Shown: positions 1 through 10,127 of the stretch, piece by piece
Layout: each line of letters begins with the position of its first letter
Position numbering within the stretch: position 1 is the stretch's first letter
Origin: Clostridiales bacterium
Lineage (GTDB): Bacteria; Bacillota; Clostridia; Christensenellales; UBA1242
Length of the DNA: 64,000 nucleotides
Direction of reading: 5' to 3'
NCBI GenBank assembly: GCA_003524095.1
Contig: DOEE01000003.1
Location: 160,785-224,784, forward strand
The notes under the pieces: model-generated
The model's input: only the letters and a program-made list of their open reading frames with translations
Database searches by the model: none
What the model was told of the DNA's origin: nothing
Translations under genes and position numbers: made by a program

Positions 1-1496
1 GAAATGGATTTTCGCTGGGAGAATTCTTGAGCCTGCTTGCTGGCGGTGTGATTTTTGCAATTATTCCCATGAGTGCAATTAGCAATATGTCAAATGTATT
101 TGTCAATAACAATCTAATTACTGTCAAAAACATAATAGATAATTCCAAAAAGCAAATAGTTAAACGTACGCAAGAGTTAAGCAAAGTATTTGATGAAATG
201 GATGCTGTATATAGAAAAATGGTGCGTGGAACTTTGCCTGACGACAAAGCCAAAATCATGATTAAAGAAGAATTGGTTTTGGGTACTTGTGCTAAGTGCA
301 AAAACTTTGATTATTGTTATAGGACGGGCGGAAATTTTATTGATAATTCAATCGATACATGTGTATCTATTGCGTATGAAAAAGGCAAGATTTTGCTTAT
401 TGATGTTCCGCAACATTTAACGTCAAATTGCATAAATGTAAATTCCATTATTACTGTTTTAAACAATATGATAAGTAGTTACAAAGAGTACACTGGGGTT
501 ATAAACAATCTTGATTCATCAAGACTACTTATTGCCAATCAACTAAGTGGTGTTAGCAAACTCATGCAGACTCTGAGTCGTGAAGTCGATGTAAATATTA
601 ATATTGATACAAAATTTGATACTGCTATAAGAGAAGAATTAGGATACAAAGGCGTAATTGTTTTAAACTCATTTGTTTATGAAAAGGATATTCAAAATAG
701 GTTTGTGGGTCTACTTGTTTCCACAGACACAATTAATAAAATTGTAATCGAAAAAGTTGTTTCCAAAATTATGAAAACCAGTCTTATGATTGATACTATT
801 GAACAAAGTTGTAATGGAACGAGTGTGATTAATATGATACCTAAGCCAAATTATGATATTGCATATGGCCTTAGCAGTGCAAACAAAACTGGCAAAATTG
901 TATCTGGTGACAGCAATTCAATTTTGAAACTTGGCAATGGTAAGTTTATGATATCCATTTGTGACGGAATGGGTAGTGGAAAAAATGCTCATAGTATTAG
1001 TTCTCTTACAATTTCTCTTATCGAAAATTTTTATAAAGCAGGCTTTGACAATGTTACAATAATAAATTCTGTCAACAAACTTTTGAGTTTGACAGAAGAA
1101 GAAAATTTTTCGACAATAGATTTATGTATTATTGATGCAAACAAAAATACTTATGATTTTATAAAACTGGGAGCAACATCGGGCTACTTAAAACGTGACA
1201 AAGGAGATGTTGAAGTAATCACTAGTTCGGGACTTCCTGTTGGGGTTCTTGAAGAAATACATCCACACATAACCCGAAAACTAATTTCTCCTTTTGATAT
1301 GCTTGTCTTTGTCTCAGATGGAGTGACAGATAGTTTTGAAGATAAACTAGATATTTCAGATTATATTGCTCACTCTGATACAATTAATCCAGTTACACTT
1401 AGTCAACAAATTCTTGATAAGGCAATATCTCTAAATGGTGGAGTAGCCTGTGATGATATGACGGTGGTTTGTGTGAGAGTATTCAAAAATGTATAA
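1..1496 (+). CDS. spoIIE: stage II sporulation protein E, C-terminal part (PP2C-type phosphatase domain); 5-prime end outside window
   Basis: Frame is open from the window edge. C-terminal third has PP2C/SpoIIE-like motifs (ISICDGMGSGKNA, LVFVSDGV, CDDMTVVCV). Confidence 0.85.
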   Translation, partial: NGFSLGEFLSLLAGGVIFAIIPMSAISNMSNVFVNNNLITVKNIIDNSKKQIVKRTQELSKVFDEMDAVYRKMVRGTLPDDKAKIMIKEELVLGTCAKCKNFDYCYRTGGNFIDNSIDTCVSIAYEKGKILLIDVPQHLTSNCINVNSIITVLNNMISSYKEYTGVINNLDSSRLLIANQLSGVSKLMQTLSREVDVNINIDTKFDTAIREELGYKGVIVLNSFVYEKDIQNRFVGLLVSTDTINKIVIEKVVSKIMKTSLMIDTIEQSCNGTSVINMIPKPNYDIAYGLSSANKTGKIVSGDSNSILKLGNGKFMISICDGMGSGKNAHSISSLTISLIENFYKAGFDNVTIINSVNKLLSLTEEENFSTIDLCIIDANKNTYDFIKLGATSGYLKRDKGDVEVITSSGLPVGVLEEIHPHITRKLISPFDMLVFVSDGVTDSFEDKLDISDYIAHSDTINPVTLSQQILDKAISLNGGVACDDMTVVCVRVFKNV

Positions 1497-1542
1497 AAAA
1501 ATATAACGATTTTGAAAATTCAATTTCGTTATATTTTTTTTG

Positions 1543-2391
1543 TTAATTTTTATTTTGTCTAATTGATGCTCCACAATGCTCACATTTGGTGGAATTTGGT
1601 GGAAGTTTGCTATGGCAATAATCACAATAAACTACTTGCAAATTATTATTTTCAGAAACTGGAGTATATCCAGAATCCAAAGATGCTACACGCATGTTTT
1701 TGAGATATTTGTTTGTAAGTATTCCATTGGTTATTCCAATGCCAACTGTTACAATTGCGACAACAATCAAAATAACTGTTAAAGAACTATTAATTTTTGA
1801 ATAATGCAAATATTCGCCATCTTGAGTAATAGGGATTTGATAATAATCCATAGGAACGCTATCTGTGTCAATTGACAAATCAAAACTGTTCATAGCCACT
1901 TCAATTTCATCATTGATTTGAATTTGCTGAATTTGTTCATCGTTATAAATTGCAAATGAATATCCATCAATTGAAAAACTTGTAACGGGATCTACTATTT
2001 TGTATTTTATAAACCATTTGTTGTATTTTTGTTCTTTGTCAGTAACTATAGCAGTTCCTTTCCAATTAGGGTGTTGTGATGCCCAATCACACATATGTTG
2101 ATAATAGGTATAATCACTTTTGATTTCTTGAACTCTCATTACAAAAGAAACCTTGGCAATAATAGCAGCAAAAAGTGCTATTATCATAATACTGAAAATT
2201 GTAGAAAATAACCTTATCAAAGGATGTTTTCTTAGTTCTTCATGTTCTGGGCTATTTGTACTTCCATTTCTTCTATAATATCTATTCATCATAAAAATTG
2301 GAACTACACTTGTATTATTTCCGGTACTGCGACTTGAATAACTTCTAGTGCTGTGGCTTCCGGGACTTGAGCGGTGTGAACCTGATGGCAT
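1543..2391 (-). CDS. hypothetical membrane protein with S/R-rich N-terminus, two TM helices and C-terminal zinc-ribbon (CDYC...CEHC)
   Basis: 282-aa ORF with hydrophobic segments IFSIMIIALFAAIIA and LTVILIVVAIVTVGIGI. CxxC-N10-CxxC at the C-terminus. Confidence 0.55.
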   Translation of the reverse strand: MPSGSHRSSPGSHSTRSYSSRSTGNNTSVVPIFMMNRYYRRNGSTNSPEHEELRKHPLIRLFSTIFSIMIIALFAAIIAKVSFVMRVQEIKSDYTYYQHMCDWASQHPNWKGTAIVTDKEQKYNKWFIKYKIVDPVTSFSIDGYSFAIYNDEQIQQIQINDEIEVAMNSFDLSIDTDSVPMDYYQIPITQDGEYLHYSKINSSLTVILIVVAIVTVGIGITNGILTNKYLKNMRVASLDSGYTPVSENNNLQVVYCDYCHSKLPPNSTKCEHCGASIRQNKN

Positions 2392-2552
2392 AATCTAAAA
2401 CCCCCATAAATATTTATTATTTTTTTAACAAAAAATGCAAATTATGTCAAGTATTGATAATATTTATGTTGATAATTTGATAATTGATATAAGGTTCAAC
2501 AAGGGGTTTTGAAGGTCTTGCTTACAAATGTGGCACAAAACGTTTTGACTAA

Positions 2553-2789
2553 TTAGGAATTTAAAAATTTTATGTCGCCACAAAGAACATCGCTATACGA
2601 AAAGCTTTTTCTATCTAGGTCTACCTTGCAAGTTGGGGCAATCATAAACATACTAGGATACACCTGTTCAATGGTGGCAGTCAGGCTGACTATTTTGTTT
2701 CTGCCTTTGTTGACTTGAAGTTTGACAGTTTGACCTTTGAGATTAGTTACTTTTTCTTTGACTTGGCTAAGAGTAATCTGGGTGTTCAT
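2553..2789 (-). CDS. veg: Veg family biofilm/sporulation-associated small protein
   Basis: 78 aa, typical Veg sequence (LSQVKEKV..LKGQTVKLQVNKGRNK...IEQVYPSMF). GGAG-type RBS upstream. Confidence 0.85.
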   Translation of the reverse strand: MNTQITLSQVKEKVTNLKGQTVKLQVNKGRNKIVSLTATIEQVYPSMFMIAPTCKVDLDRKSFSYSDVLCGDIKFLNS

Positions 2790-2886
2790 TGCTCATCTCC
2801 TTTTTTGGGTAGTTTGTGCAAAAAAATACTATTTATTCGATGATTTTTTATTTGTAATTGGGCTGTTTGTGTGATAAAATAATAAT

Positions 2887-3858
2887 ATGGATTTTTTGAA
2901 ATTATATTTTAGGTCTCAAACTTACAAAGTTTTAAAGTCTGACCAACAAGCGAATATGCTAAGTCATTGTTATTTAATAAGTTCCAAAGATAAAGTTTTG
3001 CTTGATGAAATTGGCATAAATGCCGTCAAGCAAATTTGTTGTTTGAAAGAAGATAAGCCTTGCAACGCGTGTGTTAATTGTTCAAAAATTGAACATGGGA
3101 ACATGGTTGACTTGGAAATTTATCCAAAGGACGACAAATCTTTGATGGTTGATGATATTTTGAAGGTGATAGATAGTGCATATATAAGGCCAATGGAAAA
3201 TGATTGCAAAATATTTTTGCTCAAAAACTTTGACAAATGCACAATTCAAGGTCAAAACAAAATTCTCAAAACTTTGGAAGAACCGCCCGCTAACGTTATA
3301 TTTTTCCTAACAGTTCAAAATATTGGAAATGTGCTTCCTACAATTCTTAGTAGGTCAAAAAGGATTGAAGAAAGCGGGCTACCTATTGATATAATTTCGC
3401 AATTTCTCAAATCACAAAATGTTTTGGATGCAGAACTTATAGCGTCAATGTCGGACGGACTTATAACCACTGCTCTCAACATTGCCGAAAACAAAGATGC
3501 AAGAGAAATAATTAATCTTGCTTTGCATTTGTGTGAAAACTTTAATTCAACCAAGGATTTGTTGTATTTTAGCAGTCAAATATTGTCACTCAAAAAGGAT
3601 ATTCCATTTTTTCTGGATACACTAGTTGCAATGTTTAGAGATATTTCGGTATGTGAGAGTTCTCAAAATCTGTTATTCAAAAATTTAAAAGAAAAGTTTA
3701 TTAATTTGTCCAAAGTATACACTAGTCAGATGATTCAAAAAATCATTTTGTTAATCAATCAAGTATCTTACAAACTTGAAGTTAATTGCAATATGACAGG
3801 AGTTATAGACCAGTTGCTTTTGGATATATTGGAGGTAAAATTTTTATGTCAAAAATAG
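2887..3858 (+). CDS. holB: DNA polymerase III subunit delta-prime
   Basis: 323 aa. Zn-module CNACVNCSKIEHGNMVD, clamp-loader box NKILKTLEEPP, SRS-like motif ILSRSK. Followed by ricT as in Bacillus. Confidence 0.8.
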   Translation: MDFLKLYFRSQTYKVLKSDQQANMLSHCYLISSKDKVLLDEIGINAVKQICCLKEDKPCNACVNCSKIEHGNMVDLEIYPKDDKSLMVDDILKVIDSAYIRPMENDCKIFLLKNFDKCTIQGQNKILKTLEEPPANVIFFLTVQNIGNVLPTILSRSKRIEESGLPIDIISQFLKSQNVLDAELIASMSDGLITTALNIAENKDAREIINLALHLCENFNSTKDLLYFSSQILSLKKDIPFFLDTLVAMFRDISVCESSQNLLFKNLKEKFINLSKVYTSQMIQKIILLINQVSYKLEVNCNMTGVIDQLLLDILEVKFLCQK

Positions 3859-4823
3859 GCATTAAGTTTGTCGATGGTGGCAAAGTATATAATGTTGAAA
3901 CCAATTTGGAACTAGCACCAAATTCTCTTGTTGTGGTTGAAAGTGTTAGGGGCATTGAAATCGCCAAGGTTACCAAACCTACAAATCAAACAGACGAAGG
4001 CGAAATCAAAAGTCTTATAAGACTCGCTACAGACGAAGACATCAAAAAGAATGAAGAGTTTAAAAAACAAGAAAAAAAAGTTGTAAAAATTACAAACGAA
4101 CTTATTTCAAAATACAATTTGGACATGAAATTAGTTGATGTAGAATTTACTCTTGACGGAAGCAAGGTAATTATTAATTATGTTTGTGAAGACAGGGTGG
4201 ACTTTAGAGAACTAGTCAAGGATTTGGCAAGTCAACTAAAGACACGAATAGAACTTAGACAAATTGGAATTAGAGACCAAGCCAAAAAAATTGGTGGAAT
4301 AGGTTTTTGTGGCAAGGAATGTTGCTGTAAAAAATATCTTAATGATTTTGACAAAGTTAGTATCAAAATGGCCAAAACTCAAGGGCTTTCGCTCAATCCT
4401 TCAAAAATCTCGGGAATATGCGGAAGACTTATGTGTTGCCTTGCGTATGAAAACGAGTTTTATAGCGAAATTAATGGCAAAATGCCAAAGATTAATGCTA
4501 GAGTCAAGACTCCCGACGGTGTTGGCTCAGTAATTTATAACAACCTTCTCAAACAAGTTTGCACAGTTAGGATTGAAAACGAGAGTGACTCCAAAATTTC
4601 GGAGTATACTCTTGACCAATTGACGGTTATTCCAAAGGAAAATGTTCAACCAAAACCAGCACAAAAAGAAAAACAACAAAATGTGCAAAACCAACAAAAC
4701 AAAACTCAAAACAATGCAATTTCTAAGGACAAACAAGAAAAATTAGAAAATTCGGACGACTCAAAGACCCAAAACAAGAAAAAGTTTAAAAAATTTAAAA
4801 AACATGGAAATTCTAAAAACTAA
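3846..4823 (+). CDS. ricT: PSP1 domain protein (RicT/YaaT-like), K/Q-rich C-terminal tail
   Basis: GGAGG RBS before ATG at 3846 (track ORF starts earlier at 3786). Cys-rich PSP1 signature GFCGKECCCKKYL...GICGRLMCCLAYE. Confidence 0.85.
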   Translation: MSKIGIKFVDGGKVYNVETNLELAPNSLVVVESVRGIEIAKVTKPTNQTDEGEIKSLIRLATDEDIKKNEEFKKQEKKVVKITNELISKYNLDMKLVDVEFTLDGSKVIINYVCEDRVDFRELVKDLASQLKTRIELRQIGIRDQAKKIGGIGFCGKECCCKKYLNDFDKVSIKMAKTQGLSLNPSKISGICGRLMCCLAYENEFYSEINGKMPKINARVKTPDGVGSVIYNNLLKQVCTVRIENESDSKISEYTLDQLTVIPKENVQPKPAQKEKQQNVQNQQNKTQNNAISKDKQEKLENSDDSKTQNKKKFKKFKKHGNSKN

Positions 4824-5472
4824 CGAAAGATTTGACGATTTGCAATTTAATAACCTATTTATTATCCAAGACAAAGACGGATATTGCTTTTCTAGTGATG
4901 CTACAAATCTTGCAAACTTTGTGCATGTTAGCAATTATGGCAGAGTGGTTGATTTGTGTAGTGGAAGCGGTGTTATTGGAATTTTGGTTAATGCCAAAAA
5001 CAAAGTCAAAGATGTGACTTTGGTTGAAATTCAAGAGAATTTGGCGGATATGTCAAAGCGAAGTATAGAATACAACAAAATCAAAAATATAAGTGTTGTA
5101 AACTCCAAACTTCAAGGTGTTTCCAAAATCATTGGCGAAGGAGTTTTTGATGTTGTTACTTGCAATCCACCATACAAAAAACAAGGAACGGCAAGTCAAC
5201 TTAGCAAAAACGATAGTGTCGCTATTTGCAAGCATGAAATTCTAGTTACTCTTGAAGAAATAATTTTGGAAGCTAGTAAACTTCTCAAATTTGGTGGATA
5301 TTTTTATGTGGTTAATAAGGAAGAACGTTTGACGGATATTATTTGTCTTTGTCGAAAGTATAATCTAGAACCTAAGGAACTCAAAGTTATCGAGTCGATT
5401 AGTGGTGCAAATATTGTAATGGTCAAAGCTAAGAAAGGGGGCAAAAGCGGACTTAAAATTTCGCTTGATTAA
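4804..5472 (+). CDS. SAM-dependent methyltransferase, YabB/TrmN6-like (N6-adenine NPPY type)
   Basis: Motif I DLCSGSGVIG and motif IV TCNPPYKK. Syntenic position after yaaT as in B. subtilis yabB. Confidence 0.7.
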   Translation: MEILKTNERFDDLQFNNLFIIQDKDGYCFSSDATNLANFVHVSNYGRVVDLCSGSGVIGILVNAKNKVKDVTLVEIQENLADMSKRSIEYNKIKNISVVNSKLQGVSKIIGEGVFDVVTCNPPYKKQGTASQLSKNDSVAICKHEILVTLEEIILEASKLLKFGGYFYVVNKEERLTDIICLCRKYNLEPKELKVIESISGANIVMVKAKKGGKSGLKISLD

Positions 5473-5473
5473 T

Positions 5474-6268
5474 ATGTTATATTTGGTTGCAACTCCAATT
5501 GGAAATTTAAAAGAGTTTACTCAAAGAGCGATTGAAACACTTGATAGTGTGGATTATATTTTGTGCGAAGATACTCGAACAAGCCAAGTTTTGCTTGAAT
5601 TTTACAAAATAAAAAAACCACTCAAGTCGTATCACAAATTTAATGAAAGCAAGGCTAGCTTAAATATAATTGAAGATTTGAAAGCGGGCAAAAATATAGC
5701 ACTTATTTCGGATGCTGGCATGCCAGGAATTAGCGACCCGGGTCAAATTTTGGTCAAAGAACTTATCAAAAACGACTTGGAATACACTGTAATATCGGGT
5801 GCGAGTGCTTTTGTTAACGCATATGTTTTGAGTGGATACGATGTGCCTTTTACGTTTGTTGGTTTTTTGTCTGATAACAATACAAAAAGAAAGACCATGC
5901 TTGAAAACATCAAAGATTATGACACAACACTTATCTTTTATATGTCACCGCACTCTATAGAAAAGGACTTGTTGGATTTGTATAGTGCGCTAGGCGATAG
6001 GGAAATTTGTGTAGTAAGAGAAATAAGCAAAAAATTTGAAGAAAAAACATTTTCTACATTGAAAGAGGGTTTCAAGGGAACTATCAAAGGCGAATTTGTG
6101 GTCGTTGTAAATAAGCCAGAGAAAAAAGAAAGTCATAACGATATAAATGCCGATTTGCAGGTACTTTTGGATATGGGACTAACAAAGAGTGATGCAAGCA
6201 AAGTTCTTGCTAAGGCTAGGGGGCTTAAGAAAAACGACGTTTACAAAAATTCACATATGTTATTTTGA
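5474..6268 (+). CDS. rsmI: 16S rRNA (cytidine1402-2-prime-O)-methyltransferase
   Basis: N-terminus MLYLVATPIGNLKEFTQRA..., CEDTR, SDAGMPGISDPG tetrapyrrole-methylase-fold motifs. ATG at 5474 preferred over the TTG at 5465. Confidence 0.85.
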   Translation: MLYLVATPIGNLKEFTQRAIETLDSVDYILCEDTRTSQVLLEFYKIKKPLKSYHKFNESKASLNIIEDLKAGKNIALISDAGMPGISDPGQILVKELIKNDLEYTVISGASAFVNAYVLSGYDVPFTFVGFLSDNNTKRKTMLENIKDYDTTLIFYMSPHSIEKDLLDLYSALGDREICVVREISKKFEEKTFSTLKEGFKGTIKGEFVVVVNKPEKKESHNDINADLQVLLDMGLTKSDASKVLAKARGLKKNDVYKNSHMLF

Positions 6269-6366
6269 TTGTTTTGAAATGTGAATAAAATGTAGTACAA
6301 TCAGTTTATAAATAAATTTAGGATTTGAATATTGATTTTAACTATTCAAATTTATGGGAGAAAACT

Positions 6367-7224
6367 ATGAGATTAGTCAAAAAAATAATTTGGTCTATTG
6401 TATCATTATTGCTGTTGGTGGTATTGGTTGTCGTTGGCGGATATGTGTTTGTAAGAGTTAAATACAAAGTTGACTTGTTTAACACCATTTCCCAACTCAA
6501 AACATTAAATGAATCGGTCGATGAGAACGTTATTGCACCAGATGCTTTTTCAGAATTAAACATGTCTGGAGTCAAAGAACAAACTGATTTGTCGATTGTG
6601 GGGTTAGTGACAGTTGATGATGAATCAAATTACAGTGTTAATTTAAATTCGTCACTTGGAGAAATGCAAGATATTATCAAACTTAATTATCTTCAGGTTG
6701 GTGCTTTGGCGGATAATATTTTGCAAAGTCAAATGGGTGGCAAAATTAAGTTTAATAACAAGGATATTGAAATTAAATTAATGCAAGTCAAGTTTGACAA
6801 TGTTCAAAATGGCGGGGCAAGATTCAATACTGTATTTAGACTCAATATCACACCTTTCAAAGATGAAATGAAAGGATTTCCTTTTGATTTTCTCAAAAAA
6901 TATGTTCCTGATACATTATATATTTCTTCAACTGTTGATGTTTCCAAAACCACAACACCATTTGAATATGTTATAACTCATGTTAGTCTTACAATCAATA
7001 ATTTGGACAATGTCAAAACTCAAGACTTGTTCCATACTCTAGATACATTTTTAAAGTTTGGCTCACAAGAAACATTTAACGAAACTATCGGTAACAAAGT
7101 TATGGGAGTTTTGATTGGAAACGAAAGTGAAACGGGTTTGGCATATAGTCTTAAGCCACTGGGTGCGACTGATTATAAATTTGTAATAATTGACGATATA
7201 GAATATTTCACAATTCAAAAATAA
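6367..7224 (+). CDS. hypothetical membrane-anchored protein
   Basis: GGGAGA RBS before ATG at 6367. N-terminal TM helix IIWSIVSLLLLVVLVVVGGYVF. No recognisable motif. Confidence 0.55.
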   Translation: MRLVKKIIWSIVSLLLLVVLVVVGGYVFVRVKYKVDLFNTISQLKTLNESVDENVIAPDAFSELNMSGVKEQTDLSIVGLVTVDDESNYSVNLNSSLGEMQDIIKLNYLQVGALADNILQSQMGGKIKFNNKDIEIKLMQVKFDNVQNGGARFNTVFRLNITPFKDEMKGFPFDFLKKYVPDTLYISSTVDVSKTTTPFEYVITHVSLTINNLDNVKTQDLFHTLDTFLKFGSQETFNETIGNKVMGVLIGNESETGLAYSLKPLGATDYKFVIIDDIEYFTIQK

Positions 7225-7235
7225 AGGATACGAAA

Positions 7236-8147
7236 TTGGAAAAAATTATTGAAATTAATAATTTGAGTAAGTCCTACGACAAAATAAAAGCGGTAGATAA
7301 TATATCTTTTAGAGTAGACAAGGGGGAGTTTTTTGCCTTTCTTGGCGTAAACGGAGCGGGCAAAAGTACAACGATTTCCATAATGACAGGAACTTTGAAA
7401 AAAGACGAAGGCGAAGTTAAAATTTCAGGCTACGATTTGAACAAAGACTTAGAAAAAATATCTTCGATAATTGGTGTGGTTTTTCAAAACTCAGTTCTCG
7501 ACGGAGTGCTAACTGTCAAAGACAATTTGTATTCAAGGGCTTCTTTGTATGGAATGTTTGGAACTGTTGCAAAACAAAGAATTGATTATTTGTCCAAAGT
7601 TTTAGGGTTTGAGAATTTACTTAACAAAACGGTTAATAAGTTGTCTGGTGGGCAAAGACGAAGAATTGATGTAGCAAGGGCGTTACTTCATAGCCCAAAG
7701 ATTTTGATACTTGACGAACCTACAACTGGTCTTGACCCACAAACTCGAAAGATGCTTTGGAACGTAATAGATACTTTGCGGAAAAAAGAGAAAATGACAG
7801 TCTTTTTGACCACGCATTATATGGAAGAAACAAGTGATGCAGACTATGTAGTTATATTGGATAATGGGAAGATTTCGGCAGAAGGAACACCACACGAACT
7901 TAAAAATAAATATACGAAAGATTTTGTAACAGTGTATCATAAAGACGAAAAGGAAATCAAAAAATTAGGGCTTAATTATGAGATTTTGCCAGATGCAATT
8001 AGAATATCTGTCGAAAATACATCTCAAGCAAAAGAACTAATAATATCAAACCCCGAACTTTTTGATGATTTTGAGATTACTAAGGGGAAAATGGATGATG
8101 TTTTCTTGAGTGTAACTGGCAAAAAACTTGAAGGAGAAACTTTATGA
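7236..8147 (+). CDS. ABC transporter ATP-binding protein (ABC-2/DrrA-like exporter)
   Basis: Walker A GVNGAGKST, signature LSGGQRRR, Walker B ILILDEPTTGLD. Confidence 0.85.
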   Translation: MEKIIEINNLSKSYDKIKAVDNISFRVDKGEFFAFLGVNGAGKSTTISIMTGTLKKDEGEVKISGYDLNKDLEKISSIIGVVFQNSVLDGVLTVKDNLYSRASLYGMFGTVAKQRIDYLSKVLGFENLLNKTVNKLSGGQRRRIDVARALLHSPKILILDEPTTGLDPQTRKMLWNVIDTLRKKEKMTVFLTTHYMEETSDADYVVILDNGKISAEGTPHELKNKYTKDFVTVYHKDEKEIKKLGLNYEILPDAIRISVENTSQAKELIISNPELFDDFEITKGKMDDVFLSVTGKKLEGETL

Positions 8148-9046
8148 AAACATTTAATATTTTGACCAAGCGTAACATAAAAGTATTTTTCAAAGACAAA
8201 GGAATGTTCTTTACATCGCTTATTACTCCAATTATTTTGCTTGTTTTGTATGTAACATTCCTTGCAAAGATTTACAAAGAAAGTTTTGTTGGAAGTTTGC
8301 CAGAAGAAATGACTGTTCCGACAAGTTTAATTGACGGAACTGTAGGTGCTCAGTTATTTTCATCTTTGCTTGCAGTTGTTTGTGTTACGGTTGCATTCTG
8401 TTCAAATCTACTTATGGTTCAAGACAAAATAAGTGGTGCTCAAAAAGATTTTTATGTAACTCCAGTTAAAAAATACAAACTCGCATTGTCTTATTATGTA
8501 GGGTCGCTTCTTACAACTTTGATTATCTGTTTTGTTGCCACTCTTGCGTGTTTTGTATACATGGCTATAGTGGGTTGGTATTTGAGTTTTGTAGATGTGC
8601 TTTTGATATTTTTGGATGTAGTGCTTCTAACAATGTTTGGTGTTGCATTATCTTCTATTATAAATATATTTCTAAGTACTAACGGACAGGCTTCGGCTGT
8701 AGGAACAATAGTTTCGGCGGGTTATGGCTTTATATGTGGTGCGTATATGCCAATATCTCAATTTGGAGTAGGGCTTCAAAGATTTTTTATGTTTTTGCCG
8801 GGAACTTATGGGACAGCATTAATTAGAAATCACTCACTAAGTGGTGTTTATAGAGAAATGTCAAATCAAGGCTTTCCAGCCGAAGTAATCGAAGGAATCA
8901 AAGATAGTATTGATTGCAACTTATACTTTTTTGGAAACAAAGTTTCAACTGGCACTATGTATGGAGTGCTTATAGGCTCAATTGCAGTTCTAATTGGGGT
9001 TTATGTTCTAATAATGTATTTGCGTTCAAAAAAGGCTAGGGGATAA
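8144..9046 (+). CDS. ABC-2 type transporter permease
   Basis: Overlaps the upstream ATPase stop (ATGA coupling). Six predicted TM segments. Confidence 0.75.
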   Translation: MKTFNILTKRNIKVFFKDKGMFFTSLITPIILLVLYVTFLAKIYKESFVGSLPEEMTVPTSLIDGTVGAQLFSSLLAVVCVTVAFCSNLLMVQDKISGAQKDFYVTPVKKYKLALSYYVGSLLTTLIICFVATLACFVYMAIVGWYLSFVDVLLIFLDVVLLTMFGVALSSIINIFLSTNGQASAVGTIVSAGYGFICGAYMPISQFGVGLQRFFMFLPGTYGTALIRNHSLSGVYREMSNQGFPAEVIEGIKDSIDCNLYFFGNKVSTGTMYGVLIGSIAVLIGVYVLIMYLRSKKARG

Positions 9047-9082
9047 CAAAAAATGAAGTGAAATTCACTTCATTTTTTGTTG

Positions 9083-10123
9083 CTAAAATAGAACTGGAAT
9101 TTTGGGAATAAATATAACCCCAGCGACTATCACAGAACATATTGACATCATAAGGACAGCACCGGCAGCAATATCTTTGACTTTTCGGATTTTATCGTCC
9201 TTTTCAAGTGTGATTTTGTCACATAGGTTTTCAATGGACGTGTTGACCATTTCGAGACACATCACCAAAAAACAAGTTATAACTAGTATTGCCCATTCGG
9301 CAAATGTACATCTTAAGAATACTGCAAATGTTATTACTAACATGCTAGCAGAGAATTGGACAAGCAAGTTGTTTTCGTCCTGAATACTTTCGACAATACC
9401 CCTAAAAGCATATTTGAATCCGCCAAAGAAACTATGCTTTTTGTACTCGGTGGCGGGTTCGCTATATAGGAATGAATTGCGATCCAAAATACTAGTAAAT
9501 ACAATCATATACACTATTGTTATACATATTCCACCAATAACATCGGATAGATAATGTACACCCAAATAAACTCTGCTAAAGCATACAAGTCCCATAAAGA
9601 ATGCAATTGTTATAGTGGATAGAATTTTTGTTGACCTTTTTGTTTCGGTTGATTTGAAAAGCAAATAAATAAAAAAACCATAAAATGCAATAGCAAACAT
9701 AGCATGTCCACTTGGAAAACTGTAACCGGGTTCATATATTAGTCTCTGTGTTATGTCTGGTCTATCTCGTCTGATAATGTATTTTAGTGAAAGATTAAGT
9801 AAGGCAGTCAAACCCATGTTTAAAAACATTGCAAAGATATATTGTTTGTTAATTTTTCGGGTAAATAACAAACATATTGCAATTATTCCCATGATGAATG
9901 GATTGCATAAATTCGTAATAATCTTAAAAAGAATGGTTAGTGGAGTACATCTAATATCTAGTACGAAATCATAAAGCAAAGTGTCGGTTTTGTAAATTAT
10001 GTTGTCTGTATTATCGTTTCCAATATCTTGACCAAGGATTATAAAACAAACAAGTAGTCCAAGCATTATAATTGCTGTGACTATGTTTAAAAAAAATCGT
10101 TTTTTATCTTTAATTTTTTGCAT
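9083..10123 (-). CDS. fusion protein: PAP2 lipid phosphatase (N-terminal) plus DgkA-like diacylglycerol/undecaprenol kinase (C-terminal)
   Basis: PAP2 motifs KYIIRRDRP, PSGH, SRVYLGVHYLSDV, then DgkA-like FKYAFRGI...EMVNTSIE...KDIAAGAV. AAGGA RBS favours the ATG at 10123. Confidence 0.75.
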   Translation of the reverse strand: MQKIKDKKRFFLNIVTAIIMLGLLVCFIILGQDIGNDNTDNIIYKTDTLLYDFVLDIRCTPLTILFKIITNLCNPFIMGIIAICLLFTRKINKQYIFAMFLNMGLTALLNLSLKYIIRRDRPDITQRLIYEPGYSFPSGHAMFAIAFYGFFIYLLFKSTETKRSTKILSTITIAFFMGLVCFSRVYLGVHYLSDVIGGICITIVYMIVFTSILDRNSFLYSEPATEYKKHSFFGGFKYAFRGIVESIQDENNLLVQFSASMLVITFAVFLRCTFAEWAILVITCFLVMCLEMVNTSIENLCDKITLEKDDKIRKVKDIAAGAVLMMSICSVIVAGVIFIPKIPVLF

Positions 10124-10127
10124 AACT

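Noticed and set aside
2453-2491. Cluster of four TTGATAA/TTGATAT words (reverse complement TTATCAACA-like) as a DnaA-box cluster
   Set aside because: Only one word is 8/9 to TTATCCACA; the others are 5-7/9. Such A/T-rich words are expected frequently at this base composition, and they may simply be overlapping promoter elements.
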